Positions 8,870-17,074 of a DNA stretch of 28,395 bases are shown here, one piece after another. The position numbers and the translations under genes were made by a program. This DNA comes from a virus (taxonomy: Duplodnaviria; Caudoviricetes), in the IMG/VR virus record IMGVR_UViG_3300005512_000250, positions 1 to 28,395 of that record, one strand, 5' to 3'. Under the pieces are notes generated by a model that worked only from the letters and a program-made list of their open reading frames with translations, was not told the DNA's origin and ran no database searches. Every line of letters begins with the position of its first letter. Positions within the stretch are counted from its first letter, which is position 1.

Positions 8870-9226
8870 ATGGCTATTACCTGTACTTGGAGCGTCAACA
8901 GCATGACGCATAACGATGTTGATGGCGGGGTTATCCTCGTTTATTGGTCTTGCGTAGCGGCAAGCGACGGCACGCCGTCTTATACTGCTACCGAAGGCGG
9001 CAAGCTCCGTTGTGAGCCTGACCCCAGCTCCCCCAGCTACATTCCTTACGCAGACCTAACGGAAGCCGATGTGCTTGCATGGGTTTACGCAAGCCTTGTA
9101 CAAGGGGATGAAACCCCAGAGCAGGCCAAGGCCCGCGTTGAAGCTGACCGTACCGCTAAGGTACAAGGCCAGATTGACCGCGCTAACAGCCAGTCTTCTG
9201 GTGTACCTTGGGCGCAGAGCGCCTAA
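8870..9226 (+). CDS. Tail-fibre-associated protein (assembly/chaperone-like)
   Basis: ATG 8870 after AGGAGA. 'YIPYADLTEADVLAWV...GVPW' is typical of small proteins that follow marine phage tail fibres. Confidence 0.7.
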   Translation: MAITCTWSVNSMTHNDVDGGVILVYWSCVAASDGTPSYTATEGGKLRCEPDPSSPSYIPYADLTEADVLAWVYASLVQGDETPEQAKARVEADRTAKVQGQIDRANSQSSGVPWAQSA

Positions 9227-9258
9227 CCTAACTTGAACCAAAAACGGAGAGCTTAACC

Positions 9259-9507
9259 ATGAGCACCGCACAGCAAGCAAACGTAGTGAACATCAACGGC
9301 ACTGAGTACAAGTATGACGATTTGAACCAGAATCAGCTCTACTTGATTAACCAGATTCGTGACTTGCAGACCAAAGCAGGGAACATCCGTTTCCAGCTAG
9401 ACCAAGTTACCGCCGCGCAGGACGTGTTCACCAACATGCTGATCCAGTCTGTTGAGACTGCAAAAGAACAGGCGCTTACCGATGCTGGTGAGCAAAAAGC
9501 TGGCTAA
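9259..9507 (+). CDS. Small coiled-coil protein (possible fibre chaperone)
   Basis: 82 aa with GGAG RBS. 'INGTEY..DDL' followed by heptad repeats. Confidence 0.7.
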   Translation: MSTAQQANVVNINGTEYKYDDLNQNQLYLINQIRDLQTKAGNIRFQLDQVTAAQDVFTNMLIQSVETAKEQALTDAGEQKAG

Positions 9508-9526
9508 CAGTGTGTGATGGAATGCG

Positions 9527-11416
9527 ATGCCCCTTACCAAACTTCAGTTCCGTCCGGGAGTAAACCGCGAGACTACCTCCTACGCTAACGAGGGTGGTTG
9601 GTACGATTGCGACAAGGTTCGGTTCCGGTTTGGTGTGCCCGAAAAGATCGGTGGTTGGCAGAAAAAGTCAGGCACGACCTTCCTCGGCACTTGTAGGGCG
9701 TTGCATCCATGGGTCGCGTTAGATGGGTCGCAGTATCTTGGGGTGGGCACTCACCTCAAGTATTACATTGATGAAGGCGGCGCGTTTAACGACATAACCC
9801 CAATCCGCGAGACCACGGCGGCGGGCGATGTTACGTTTGCCGCTGTCAATGGTAGCTCTACCCTTACGGTAACGGACAGCAACCACGGCGCATTGCAAGA
9901 CGACTTTGTCACGTTCAGTGGCGCGGTCACCCTTGGCGGTAATATCACGGCTGATGTGCTCAACCAAGAGTACCAAATCAGCAACGTGGTGAACGCCAAC
10001 ACCTATGAAATCATTGCCAAGGACACAAGCGGTGTAACCGTAGTGGCCGATGGCAGTGATACGGGTGATGGCGGCGCGGCAGTGGTCGGTGCCTACCAAA
10101 TCAACACGGGTTTGGATACAACCGTTGTCGGCACGGGCTGGGGCGCGGGAACTTGGGGCCGTGGTGGATGGGGCAGTGGTGCTAGCATCAGCGCAACGGG
10201 TGACCAGCTCCGCATTTGGTCGCACGATAACTTTGGCGAAGACCTCATTATTAACGTCCGCAACGGTGGCATCTACTACTGGGATAAATCTACCCAGTCA
10301 GCACCGTTTACGCGAGCCGTGGAGTTGAGCCAATTAAGCGGGGCCGATGCTACCACGCCAACGATTGCCAAGCAGGTCATAGTCAGCGACCGCGACCGCC
10401 ATGTGCTTGCTTTTGGCTGTGACCCGCAGACTAACATTGGCGTGCAAGACCCGTTGCTAATCCGTTTTAGCGACCAAGAGAACCCCCTGATTTGGGACGC
10501 ATTGCCAACCAATACCGCAGGCGACTTGCGCGTGGGTAGCGGCAGTGAAATCGTGTGCGCCGTGGAAACCCGCCAGCAGACGCTAGTGTTTACCGACGTG
10601 AGCGTGCACACCATGCAGTTCATCGGGCCTCCGTTCACTTTCGGTATCAACCAAATCAGCGAAAACACCACGATCATGGGGCCATTGGCGGCGGCGGCGG
10701 TAGACGACATCGTCTTGTGGATGGGGCAGGAAGAGTTTTACATCTACAACGGCAGTGTGCAAAAGCTCCCGTGTTCGGTGCGGTCGTATGTGTTTGATGA
10801 CTTCAACTTAGGCCAAGCCGAAAAGGTGACGTGCGGCACTAACAGCTCGTTTAGCGAGGTCTGGTGGTTCTATTGCTCTGCCAGCTCGGACGATCTTGAC
10901 CGTTATGTAGTCTACAACTATGCTGAGCAGGCGTGGTATTACGGGCAACTGACCCGCACTTGCTGGCTTGACCGTGGCATCAACCAAAACCCCATTGCCG
11001 CAGGGCGCGACGGTTACCTGTATCTGCAAGAGTTTGGCAATGACGATGGCAGTGCCAACCCGCCCACGGCGATCAACAGCTACATTGAGTCCAGCCAGAT
11101 TGACATTGGCGATGGCGAAAACTTTGTGTTCATGCGGCGGTTGATACCAGACGTCACGTTCATTGGCAGTGCCAGCCCAACCCCTGTGGTGGACTTTATA
11201 CTGGAAGCCCGCAATTTTCCAGGAGCCAACTACCGTACCAGCACGACCAATAACGTCGCGCGCACGGCTACGGTACCCATCGAACAGTTTACCGAGCAGG
11301 TGAACTTGCGGTTACGGGGCCGCTCGTTTGCGTTGAAAATCCAGTCTACTGATACAGGCGTCAACTGGCGCTTAGGGGCACCAAGGGTAGATATAAGACC
11401 TGATGGGCGGCGCTAA
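9527..11416 (+). CDS. Tail nozzle / tail tubular protein B-like (stabilisation protein)
   Basis: 629 aa. 'MPL.KLQFRPGVNRE.T.Y..EGGW.D.DKVRFR.G.PEKIGGW' start, beta-propeller-like composition and 'PDGRR' end. Lies just before the internal proteins. Confidence 0.8.
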   Translation: MPLTKLQFRPGVNRETTSYANEGGWYDCDKVRFRFGVPEKIGGWQKKSGTTFLGTCRALHPWVALDGSQYLGVGTHLKYYIDEGGAFNDITPIRETTAAGDVTFAAVNGSSTLTVTDSNHGALQDDFVTFSGAVTLGGNITADVLNQEYQISNVVNANTYEIIAKDTSGVTVVADGSDTGDGGAAVVGAYQINTGLDTTVVGTGWGAGTWGRGGWGSGASISATGDQLRIWSHDNFGEDLIINVRNGGIYYWDKSTQSAPFTRAVELSQLSGADATTPTIAKQVIVSDRDRHVLAFGCDPQTNIGVQDPLLIRFSDQENPLIWDALPTNTAGDLRVGSGSEIVCAVETRQQTLVFTDVSVHTMQFIGPPFTFGINQISENTTIMGPLAAAAVDDIVLWMGQEEFYIYNGSVQKLPCSVRSYVFDDFNLGQAEKVTCGTNSSFSEVWWFYCSASSDDLDRYVVYNYAEQAWYYGQLTRTCWLDRGINQNPIAAGRDGYLYLQEFGNDDGSANPPTAINSYIESSQIDIGDGENFVFMRRLIPDVTFIGSASPTPVVDFILEARNFPGANYRTSTTNNVARTATVPIEQFTEQVNLRLRGRSFALKIQSTDTGVNWRLGAPRVDIRPDGRR

Positions 11417-11712
11417 TGGCACGGTTGCTATCGCCCCCACAGTTTCCGCTGGCTCCCAAGGAGTACAGCCAGCAGTACCATAACGAGATAGTGCGGGTGT
11501 TCAGCGTGTTCTTGAACCAGTACCTATCTCCGGGAGAAGGTCGGCATACGGCACTAACGCTGACCGCATTGCAAACGGATGACGTAGGCTTGGAAACAGG
11601 TGCGTTGTTCCAACAGGAGGGGTTTGTAAAAATCGCTCTTGCCAACGTGCCACACGTCCGTGGCAGTAGCGCGACGGGCTCCGTAGGAACAGTAGACGTG
11701 GTGATCACATGA
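11416..11712 (+). CDS. Small virion protein (98 aa)
   Basis: TAATG-coupled to the nozzle gene; 'P.APKEY...Y' N-terminus. Confidence 0.75.
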   Translation: MARLLSPPQFPLAPKEYSQQYHNEIVRVFSVFLNQYLSPGEGRHTALTLTALQTDDVGLETGALFQQEGFVKIALANVPHVRGSSATGSVGTVDVVIT

Positions 11713-11939
11713 GCCAAGATTATTTGACCATGCCCAATGGGGCAAAGTACCTCCCAGCAACCAGCCAAGACACGGTGTCCTGTGCCAGTTGTTCAAACCT
11801 AGTGGATACCCCTGAGGAAATCGCTAGTTACCCTGCGGGGAACTGCCCTCAGTGTGGCAACCCGTGGACGGGTACGGAAACGAAAAGCACAAAAATTATG
11901 GTGACAATGCCCGTGGCACTGGGCGGGGCGACAATGTAG
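11709..11939 (+). CDS. Zinc-ribbon protein (CASC...CPQC)
   Basis: 76 aa, ATGA overlap, two CxxC pairs. Confidence 0.7.
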   Translation: MSQDYLTMPNGAKYLPATSQDTVSCASCSNLVDTPEEIASYPAGNCPQCGNPWTGTETKSTKIMVTMPVALGGATM

Positions 11940-11940
11940 G

Positions 11941-11969
11941 TTGCGACAATGAGTTCTAGATTGTATGAT
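11941..11969 (+). promoter_or_regulatory. Sigma70-like promoter upstream of the internal/ejection protein genes
   Basis: TTGCGA (11941-46), 17 bp, TATGAT (11964-69), in the largest intergenic gap of the structural module. Confidence 0.65.
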
Positions 11970-12037
11970 GCTTTTAGCGTCTAATTCAGGAACTCACGCG
12001 GCCTGCATATCTCCCATACAGAACAAAGGTGGATAAT

Positions 12038-13681
12038 ATGCAAGGTATCGAGCAATTAGGATATGAAGTCGTTGAGGAGCCAATGGTTCCGGAAGGCGGC
12101 GTTCAACAGTTCAAGCAAGCGGCGGATATGCTGGCTGAGTTTGGGCGCAACGGCGATACCTACATTGTTCACGCCGCCGAAGGCGAGACGGTGGTTCCCA
12201 TGGAAGTGCTTGAGGCAAACCCCCGCCTTAAGCAGATGCTTTACCAACAGCTTGAGGAAATGGGCGTAGACCCACAGCGGTATGTGGTGGGCAACGAGCT
12301 CAACAGCATCAACCCTGTAACTGGTCGGCCCGAGTTTTTCTTCAAGAAGATTTTCAAAGCTGTTAAAAAGGTCGTTAAGAAGGTTGTCAACGTCGTCAAA
12401 AAGGTTGCGCCGATTGTTCTACCTATCGTCGCGCCGTTCCTCCTGCCTGCAATGCCATTGGCGTTCGCGTCGGGTTTGGGTAGTTTGGCGGGTGGCTTGA
12501 TAGCTGGGCAAGACTTTAAGACTGCGCTCAAGGGCGCGGTGATTACAGGTGGTATTGCGGGCCTCGGTAATATGATGGCTGGCGGTAGCTTTATGGGTAG
12601 CAAGATCAACCCGACTGGCGGCTTTGGTGACGTAGGCTTGAAAGACGCCTTTACGCTGGATAACCCCTTTACCAAAGCGATGCCTTCTAACCTGCAAGCC
12701 ATTGCGGATACCGCCGCACCCCGTGGCGAAACTATCCTCGAGAAAATGGGCATGGGCGGTGGCGAAAGCTCCGCTTACGGTGCCGATGCAACAGGCGAAG
12801 GTGCCGCAACCATGAGCAGTCGTGGTACTGCCGCCCCGTCCGAAGGGTTCTTTAGCGACGTCAAGCGCGCAGTGGTTCCGGGCGATAACTACGGCTTTGG
12901 TGAGCTGTATAGCGACTACATCAGCCCGAGCCGCGCAAGCATCCAGCCCAACATGGCAGAGCTGAGCGCGCAAGGGGCCACAGCAGGTGCCGAGGCCGTA
13001 GCACGCACCAATGCGGCACTCACCGCCGCAGGGCAAGCACCGCTTACGGACGCCGCAAGTAGCGCCATTATCAACCGTTCCATTGAATCGGCGGCGGCAA
13101 ACGCGGCTCCTGGATTCTTGACCAAGTACGGGCCGCTAGCGGCAACGGCACTCGGTGGCGCGGCAGTGAGCGACGCCGTGCTGGGCACCAACCTGATTAC
13201 CCCGCCTGAGGAACAGCCGATTGACATGCCGCCCACGGGTGATGAATTGTTGGCGCAAGACCCTGCCAAATACGGGTTTGACTTTGCACGCTACGTTGGG
13301 GACAACCCCTACTATCAGCGCCAAGCTGACGCACAGCCGTCTGGCGGAGCACAAGCGGCGGCGTCTAACGCCTACGCTAACCCCTACATGGCGGCACTCC
13401 TGCAAGGCACGCAGGCACCGCCTGTACAGTCGGGCACCATTCAGTCCAGCCCCATGGGTGCGTATGGTCAGAACACTCAGTTCGCGCGCACTTTGTTCGC
13501 CGCTCAGGGTGGCGAAATCGTGGGTCCTGGAACACCAACCAGTGATTCTATTCCAGCCATGTTAAGCGATGGGGAGTTTGTCATGAACGCCCGAGCTGTC
13601 CGTGGCGCTGGCGGCGGTGACCGCCGAGCAGGCGCTCAGCGGATGTATCAGCTCATGCGTCAGTTTGAGCGGAGGGCGTAA
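12038..13681 (+). CDS. Internal virion / DNA ejection protein 1
   Basis: ATG 12038 after AAGGTGGA (GTG 12029 is an alternative start). Cationic amphipathic helix, Gly-rich hydrophobic segments, and a C-terminal GPGTPTSDSIPAMLSDGEFV motif also known from tape-measure proteins. Confidence 0.75.
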   Translation: MQGIEQLGYEVVEEPMVPEGGVQQFKQAADMLAEFGRNGDTYIVHAAEGETVVPMEVLEANPRLKQMLYQQLEEMGVDPQRYVVGNELNSINPVTGRPEFFFKKIFKAVKKVVKKVVNVVKKVAPIVLPIVAPFLLPAMPLAFASGLGSLAGGLIAGQDFKTALKGAVITGGIAGLGNMMAGGSFMGSKINPTGGFGDVGLKDAFTLDNPFTKAMPSNLQAIADTAAPRGETILEKMGMGGGESSAYGADATGEGAATMSSRGTAAPSEGFFSDVKRAVVPGDNYGFGELYSDYISPSRASIQPNMAELSAQGATAGAEAVARTNAALTAAGQAPLTDAASSAIINRSIESAAANAAPGFLTKYGPLAATALGGAAVSDAVLGTNLITPPEEQPIDMPPTGDELLAQDPAKYGFDFARYVGDNPYYQRQADAQPSGGAQAAASNAYANPYMAALLQGTQAPPVQSGTIQSSPMGAYGQNTQFARTLFAAQGGEIVGPGTPTSDSIPAMLSDGEFVMNARAVRGAGGGDRRAGAQRMYQLMRQFERRA

Positions 13682-13684
13682 CGC

Positions 13685-16600
13685 ATGGCTACCGAAACCC
13701 AATATGTCTACAGCAATGAATCGCCTGAGATTGCGGCCCGCAAGCTCGGGCTGATTGACCTTGTAAAAGACCTCACCAGTCAGCCCGTTGTAGGCGGGTT
13801 GCCCGCGTTCCAAGTAGCTCCGCAACAGGGGTTGCAAACCCAAGCGTATGACCTTGCTCGTACGGGTGTAGGGGCGTTTGCTCCGTATATCAGCACGGCG
13901 GCACAGCGCGTAGGCGGGGGTATTGATCAACTTGGTCAGGCCGCAGGTCAGTATGGCGCTGGGGCGGGTATGGTCAACACTGCACTAGCAGGGTACGCCC
14001 CGATACAGGAAGGCGCTCTAACAGGTGTGGGCCGTGCCGCAGAACTCGGCCAAGCCGCAAGTGGCGCGGGCGTGCTGGGCATTGGTCAGCAACTCGCAGG
14101 CATGCAACCGTACCTGCAAGATGCCGCGCTCGGCCTTGGCATGGGCGCAACCGCAGGCGAGCAAGCCTACGCGGACACTCTTGCCCAACTGCAAGGGGCC
14201 ACAACGGGCGCTCGTGGCGTGGCAACAGCCGCAGGTGCAGGAGGCCGTGGCGTAGCAGGTGACCTAGCTACTCAGCTTGGCGGGTTGCAACAGGGTTTAG
14301 GCTCCTTGGGTCAAACAGGCATGGACATTGCCGGAACCACAGGAGCAACGGCGGCAGACATTGCACGCGCCGCCGCAGGCACTATGGGCGATGCCGCCCG
14401 AGGTGCACAGCAAATTGGGACAGAAACAGCGTTTGGGGCAGGTGTCCAGCGGGATCTTGCACAAGCAGGACTCGCTGGCGCTACCGATGCCGCCCGCGCT
14501 CAAGTAGCCGCCGCGCAAGGTGACCTAGCAGGTGCCGTAGGCGGTGCTCGGGGCCAAGCCGCCGCTCTGCAAGCAGGGTTGGCAGGTGCCGCTCAGCAAG
14601 CTGGTCAACAAGTAGGGGCGGGCCAACGCCTTATGGCCGATGCACTTACGGGTGCTCGGGGCCAAGCACAGGCCGCACAGACCAACCTCGGTACGATTTC
14701 TGGCGGTGCCCTTGGGCGTATTCCTGGAATTCAACAGGGCCTTGCCGACGTTACGGGCGCGGCTCGGGGCGTTGTAGGTGGCGCAGGCCAACAGCTACAG
14801 GATATCGCCACGGGTGCTCGTGGGCAGGTTGCTCAAACAGGTCAAGATTTTGCAGGAATTACGGGCGGTGCTCGTGGTGTTGTCGGTCAGGCTGGGCAGG
14901 GCTTCCAAGACGTAGCTGGCGCGGCTCGGGGCCAAGTGGCTCAAACGGGCCAAGATTTCTCAGGCATTATGGGCACCAGCCGAGGTTTGGTAGGTCAAGC
15001 CGCGCAAGGGTTCCAAGATGTTGCAGGTGCCGCCCGAGCAGGTGTTGGCGGCGCACAGACTGCCGCCGATATTGCCGCGCAACGGGCGCGGGCGAGCACC
15101 GCAGGCGCACAGCAGGCCCTTGGTCAGGCTGGGCAGTTTGGTATGGGCGCGGCGCAACAGGGTATCGGGGCGTTGGCTGGCACTACAGACCAGTTTGATC
15201 CGACCAGCGCAACCCGTTACTTCAACCCCTACGAAGATGCCGTGGTTCAGCAAGCACTGGCCGATGTTCAGCGCGCCAGCGATATTGCAGGCCAAGGCGA
15301 GCGTGCCCAAGCAGTCGCCGCTGGGGCCTTTGGCGGAGCGCGGTCTGGCATTGTTGCTAGCGAGCGTGCCCGCAACGCACTGGAGCAACAGGCTCGTACC
15401 GCCGCACAGCTACGGCAGGCGGGCTTCCAGAGCGCACAGGGGCAAGCACAGAACGCCTTCGAGGCCGCACAGCAACGCGCACAACAGGCGGCACAGCTTA
15501 CAGGCGCATTGGGCGCTCAGGGCGCTGGTACCGCTCTACAGGCGGCAAGCCAAGCAGGTCAGCTTGGTCTCAGCGCAGAGCAACTGGCACAGCGTGGCGC
15601 ACTGGAAAGTGGGCAACTCGGCCTCAGTGCAGAGCAACTGGCACAAGCAGGAGTCAGCGATCTGGCTCGCACGGGTCTCAGCGCCGAACAACTTGCAGGT
15701 CAGCTCGCGCAAGCACGGGGGCAACTCGGCCTCAGCGCAGAACAGCTCGCACAGGCTGGTATCAGCGACTTGGCCCGTACAGGTCTCAGCGCAGAACAGC
15801 TCGCAGGCCAACTGGCGCAAGCCCGTGGGCAGATGGGTCTTACAGCAGAGCAACTGGCGCAGTCTGGCGTCAGCGACCTCATGCGGGCGGGCCTCAGTGC
15901 AGAACAGCTTGCTCAAGCAGGCGTTACCCAAGGCGGACAGATGGCGCTTACCGCAGATCAGCTTGCTGGTCAATTGGCTGGCGAAGCAGGCCGCATGGGT
16001 ATGTCGGCCGAGCAACTGGCGGCGAGCCTTGCAGGACAGTCGGGCCAGCTTGGCCTAAGTGGCGCAGAACTCCTTGGGCGTTTGACGCAACAGGGTGGTG
16101 CCGCAGGCTTGCAAGCCGAGCAACTGGCAGGTCAACTTGCACAAGCACGGGGCCAGCTAGGCTTGAGCGCCGAGGAACTTGCACAGCGTGGCGCGGGGCA
16201 GGCAGGTCAGATTGGCCTGAGCGCAGAACAACTCGCCAGCCAAACCGCGATGCAAGGCCAACAGCTCGCAGGGCAACTGGCTCAGCAAGCGGGGGCCATG
16301 GGCATTTCTGCACAAGAACTCGCAGGCCGTTTGGGTCTACAGGGTACCGCGCAAGCCGCGAGCAACGCTCAAGCGTCTGGTCAGCTTGCCAATATGGCGG
16401 CAAGCATGGGTATGAACGCCGAGCAACTGGCGGCACAGTACGGCATGACCGCCGAACAGCTTGCAGGTCAGCTCGCGCAAACGGGCGGAGCACTGGGCAT
16501 GCAGTCCGCAGGGTTGCGGGCAGATACCGCAAGTCAGCTCGGCCAACTGGGCGCGCAGTATGGGCAGATTGGTATTGGTGGCGAGGAAGCCGCCGCCCGT

Positions 16601-17074
16601 CTGGGCCTTGCAGGAGCCGACATTACAGGCCAGATGGCAGGGCTTGCCAACCAAATCGGCACGCAGGGGGCACAACTGGGCCTCAGCGGTGCGGGCACGT
16701 TGCGGGACATTGGTTCGGGCTACGGGGCGCTGGGTCAGGCATACGGTGCGCTTGGAACACAAACCGCCGCTCTGGGCGAACTGGGCCAGACCATGCAGAT
16801 CAAGGATATGGACTACCTGTCCAAGCTGGGGTCGCAACAGCAACAGTTCGAGCAGGCAAAACTGGACGCCGCCCGCCAAAGCGACCTGCAAACCATCTAC
16901 GAACCGTACCAGCGAGCAGGCTTCTACAGCGATATCCTGCGCGGGGCACCAAGCTCGCAGTCGGTTATTACGCAGACCTCGTCGCCTAACCCGTCGTTGC
17001 TCAACCAGCTTACGGGCGCGGCGGCAACAGGCATTGGTCTGGCAGGCGCGGCTAGCAAATCGGGGATTATTTAA
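13685..17074 (+). CDS. Internal virion / DNA ejection (pilot-like) protein with long Ala/Gly/Gln helical repeats, 1129 aa
   Basis: GGAGG RBS. Central 'YFNPY...AGAFGGAR' core typical of phage DNA-transfer proteins, 18/11-residue repeats and a hydrophobic Gly-rich C-terminus. Confidence 0.8.
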   Translation: MATETQYVYSNESPEIAARKLGLIDLVKDLTSQPVVGGLPAFQVAPQQGLQTQAYDLARTGVGAFAPYISTAAQRVGGGIDQLGQAAGQYGAGAGMVNTALAGYAPIQEGALTGVGRAAELGQAASGAGVLGIGQQLAGMQPYLQDAALGLGMGATAGEQAYADTLAQLQGATTGARGVATAAGAGGRGVAGDLATQLGGLQQGLGSLGQTGMDIAGTTGATAADIARAAAGTMGDAARGAQQIGTETAFGAGVQRDLAQAGLAGATDAARAQVAAAQGDLAGAVGGARGQAAALQAGLAGAAQQAGQQVGAGQRLMADALTGARGQAQAAQTNLGTISGGALGRIPGIQQGLADVTGAARGVVGGAGQQLQDIATGARGQVAQTGQDFAGITGGARGVVGQAGQGFQDVAGAARGQVAQTGQDFSGIMGTSRGLVGQAAQGFQDVAGAARAGVGGAQTAADIAAQRARASTAGAQQALGQAGQFGMGAAQQGIGALAGTTDQFDPTSATRYFNPYEDAVVQQALADVQRASDIAGQGERAQAVAAGAFGGARSGIVASERARNALEQQARTAAQLRQAGFQSAQGQAQNAFEAAQQRAQQAAQLTGALGAQGAGTALQAASQAGQLGLSAEQLAQRGALESGQLGLSAEQLAQAGVSDLARTGLSAEQLAGQLAQARGQLGLSAEQLAQAGISDLARTGLSAEQLAGQLAQARGQMGLTAEQLAQSGVSDLMRAGLSAEQLAQAGVTQGGQMALTADQLAGQLAGEAGRMGMSAEQLAASLAGQSGQLGLSGAELLGRLTQQGGAAGLQAEQLAGQLAQARGQLGLSAEELAQRGAGQAGQIGLSAEQLASQTAMQGQQLAGQLAQQAGAMGISAQELAGRLGLQGTAQAASNAQASGQLANMAASMGMNAEQLAAQYGMTAEQLAGQLAQTGGALGMQSAGLRADTASQLGQLGAQYGQIGIGGEEAAARLGLAGADITGQMAGLANQIGTQGAQLGLSGAGTLRDIGSGYGALGQAYGALGTQTAALGELGQTMQIKDMDYLSKLGSQQQQFEQAKLDAARQSDLQTIYEPYQRAGFYSDILRGAPSSQSVITQTSSPNPSLLNQLTGAAATGIGLAGAASKSGII
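14156..15139 (+). repeat. N-arm repeat array (ARG-anchored 18-aa units; 54-bp period with 108-bp higher-order repeat)
   Basis: For example ARGQVAQTGQDFAGITGG / ARGVVGQAGQGFQDVAGA / ARGQVAQTGQDFSGIMGT / SRGLVGQAAQGFQDVAGA. Confidence 0.9.
15566..16495 (+). repeat. C-arm repeat array (GLSAEQLA-anchored 18-aa units; 54-bp period with 108-bp higher-order repeat)
   Basis: For example GLSAEQLAQAGVSDLART / GLSAEQLAGQLAQARGQL / GLSAEQLAQAGISDLART / GLSAEQLAGQLAQARGQM. Confidence 0.92.

Noticed and set aside
15566-16495. Regular ~54-bp DNA repeats as a possible CRISPR array or non-coding tandem repeat
   Set aside because: They are in-frame coding repeats that vary mainly at third codon positions, with no unique spacers and no cas genes.
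13685-17074. Calling the 1129-aa protein a siphovirus tape-measure protein
   Set aside because: No major tail tube, tail chaperone frameshift pair or baseplate genes are recognisable. The context is adaptor, nozzle and internal proteins, and the mirror symmetry fits a hairpin better.
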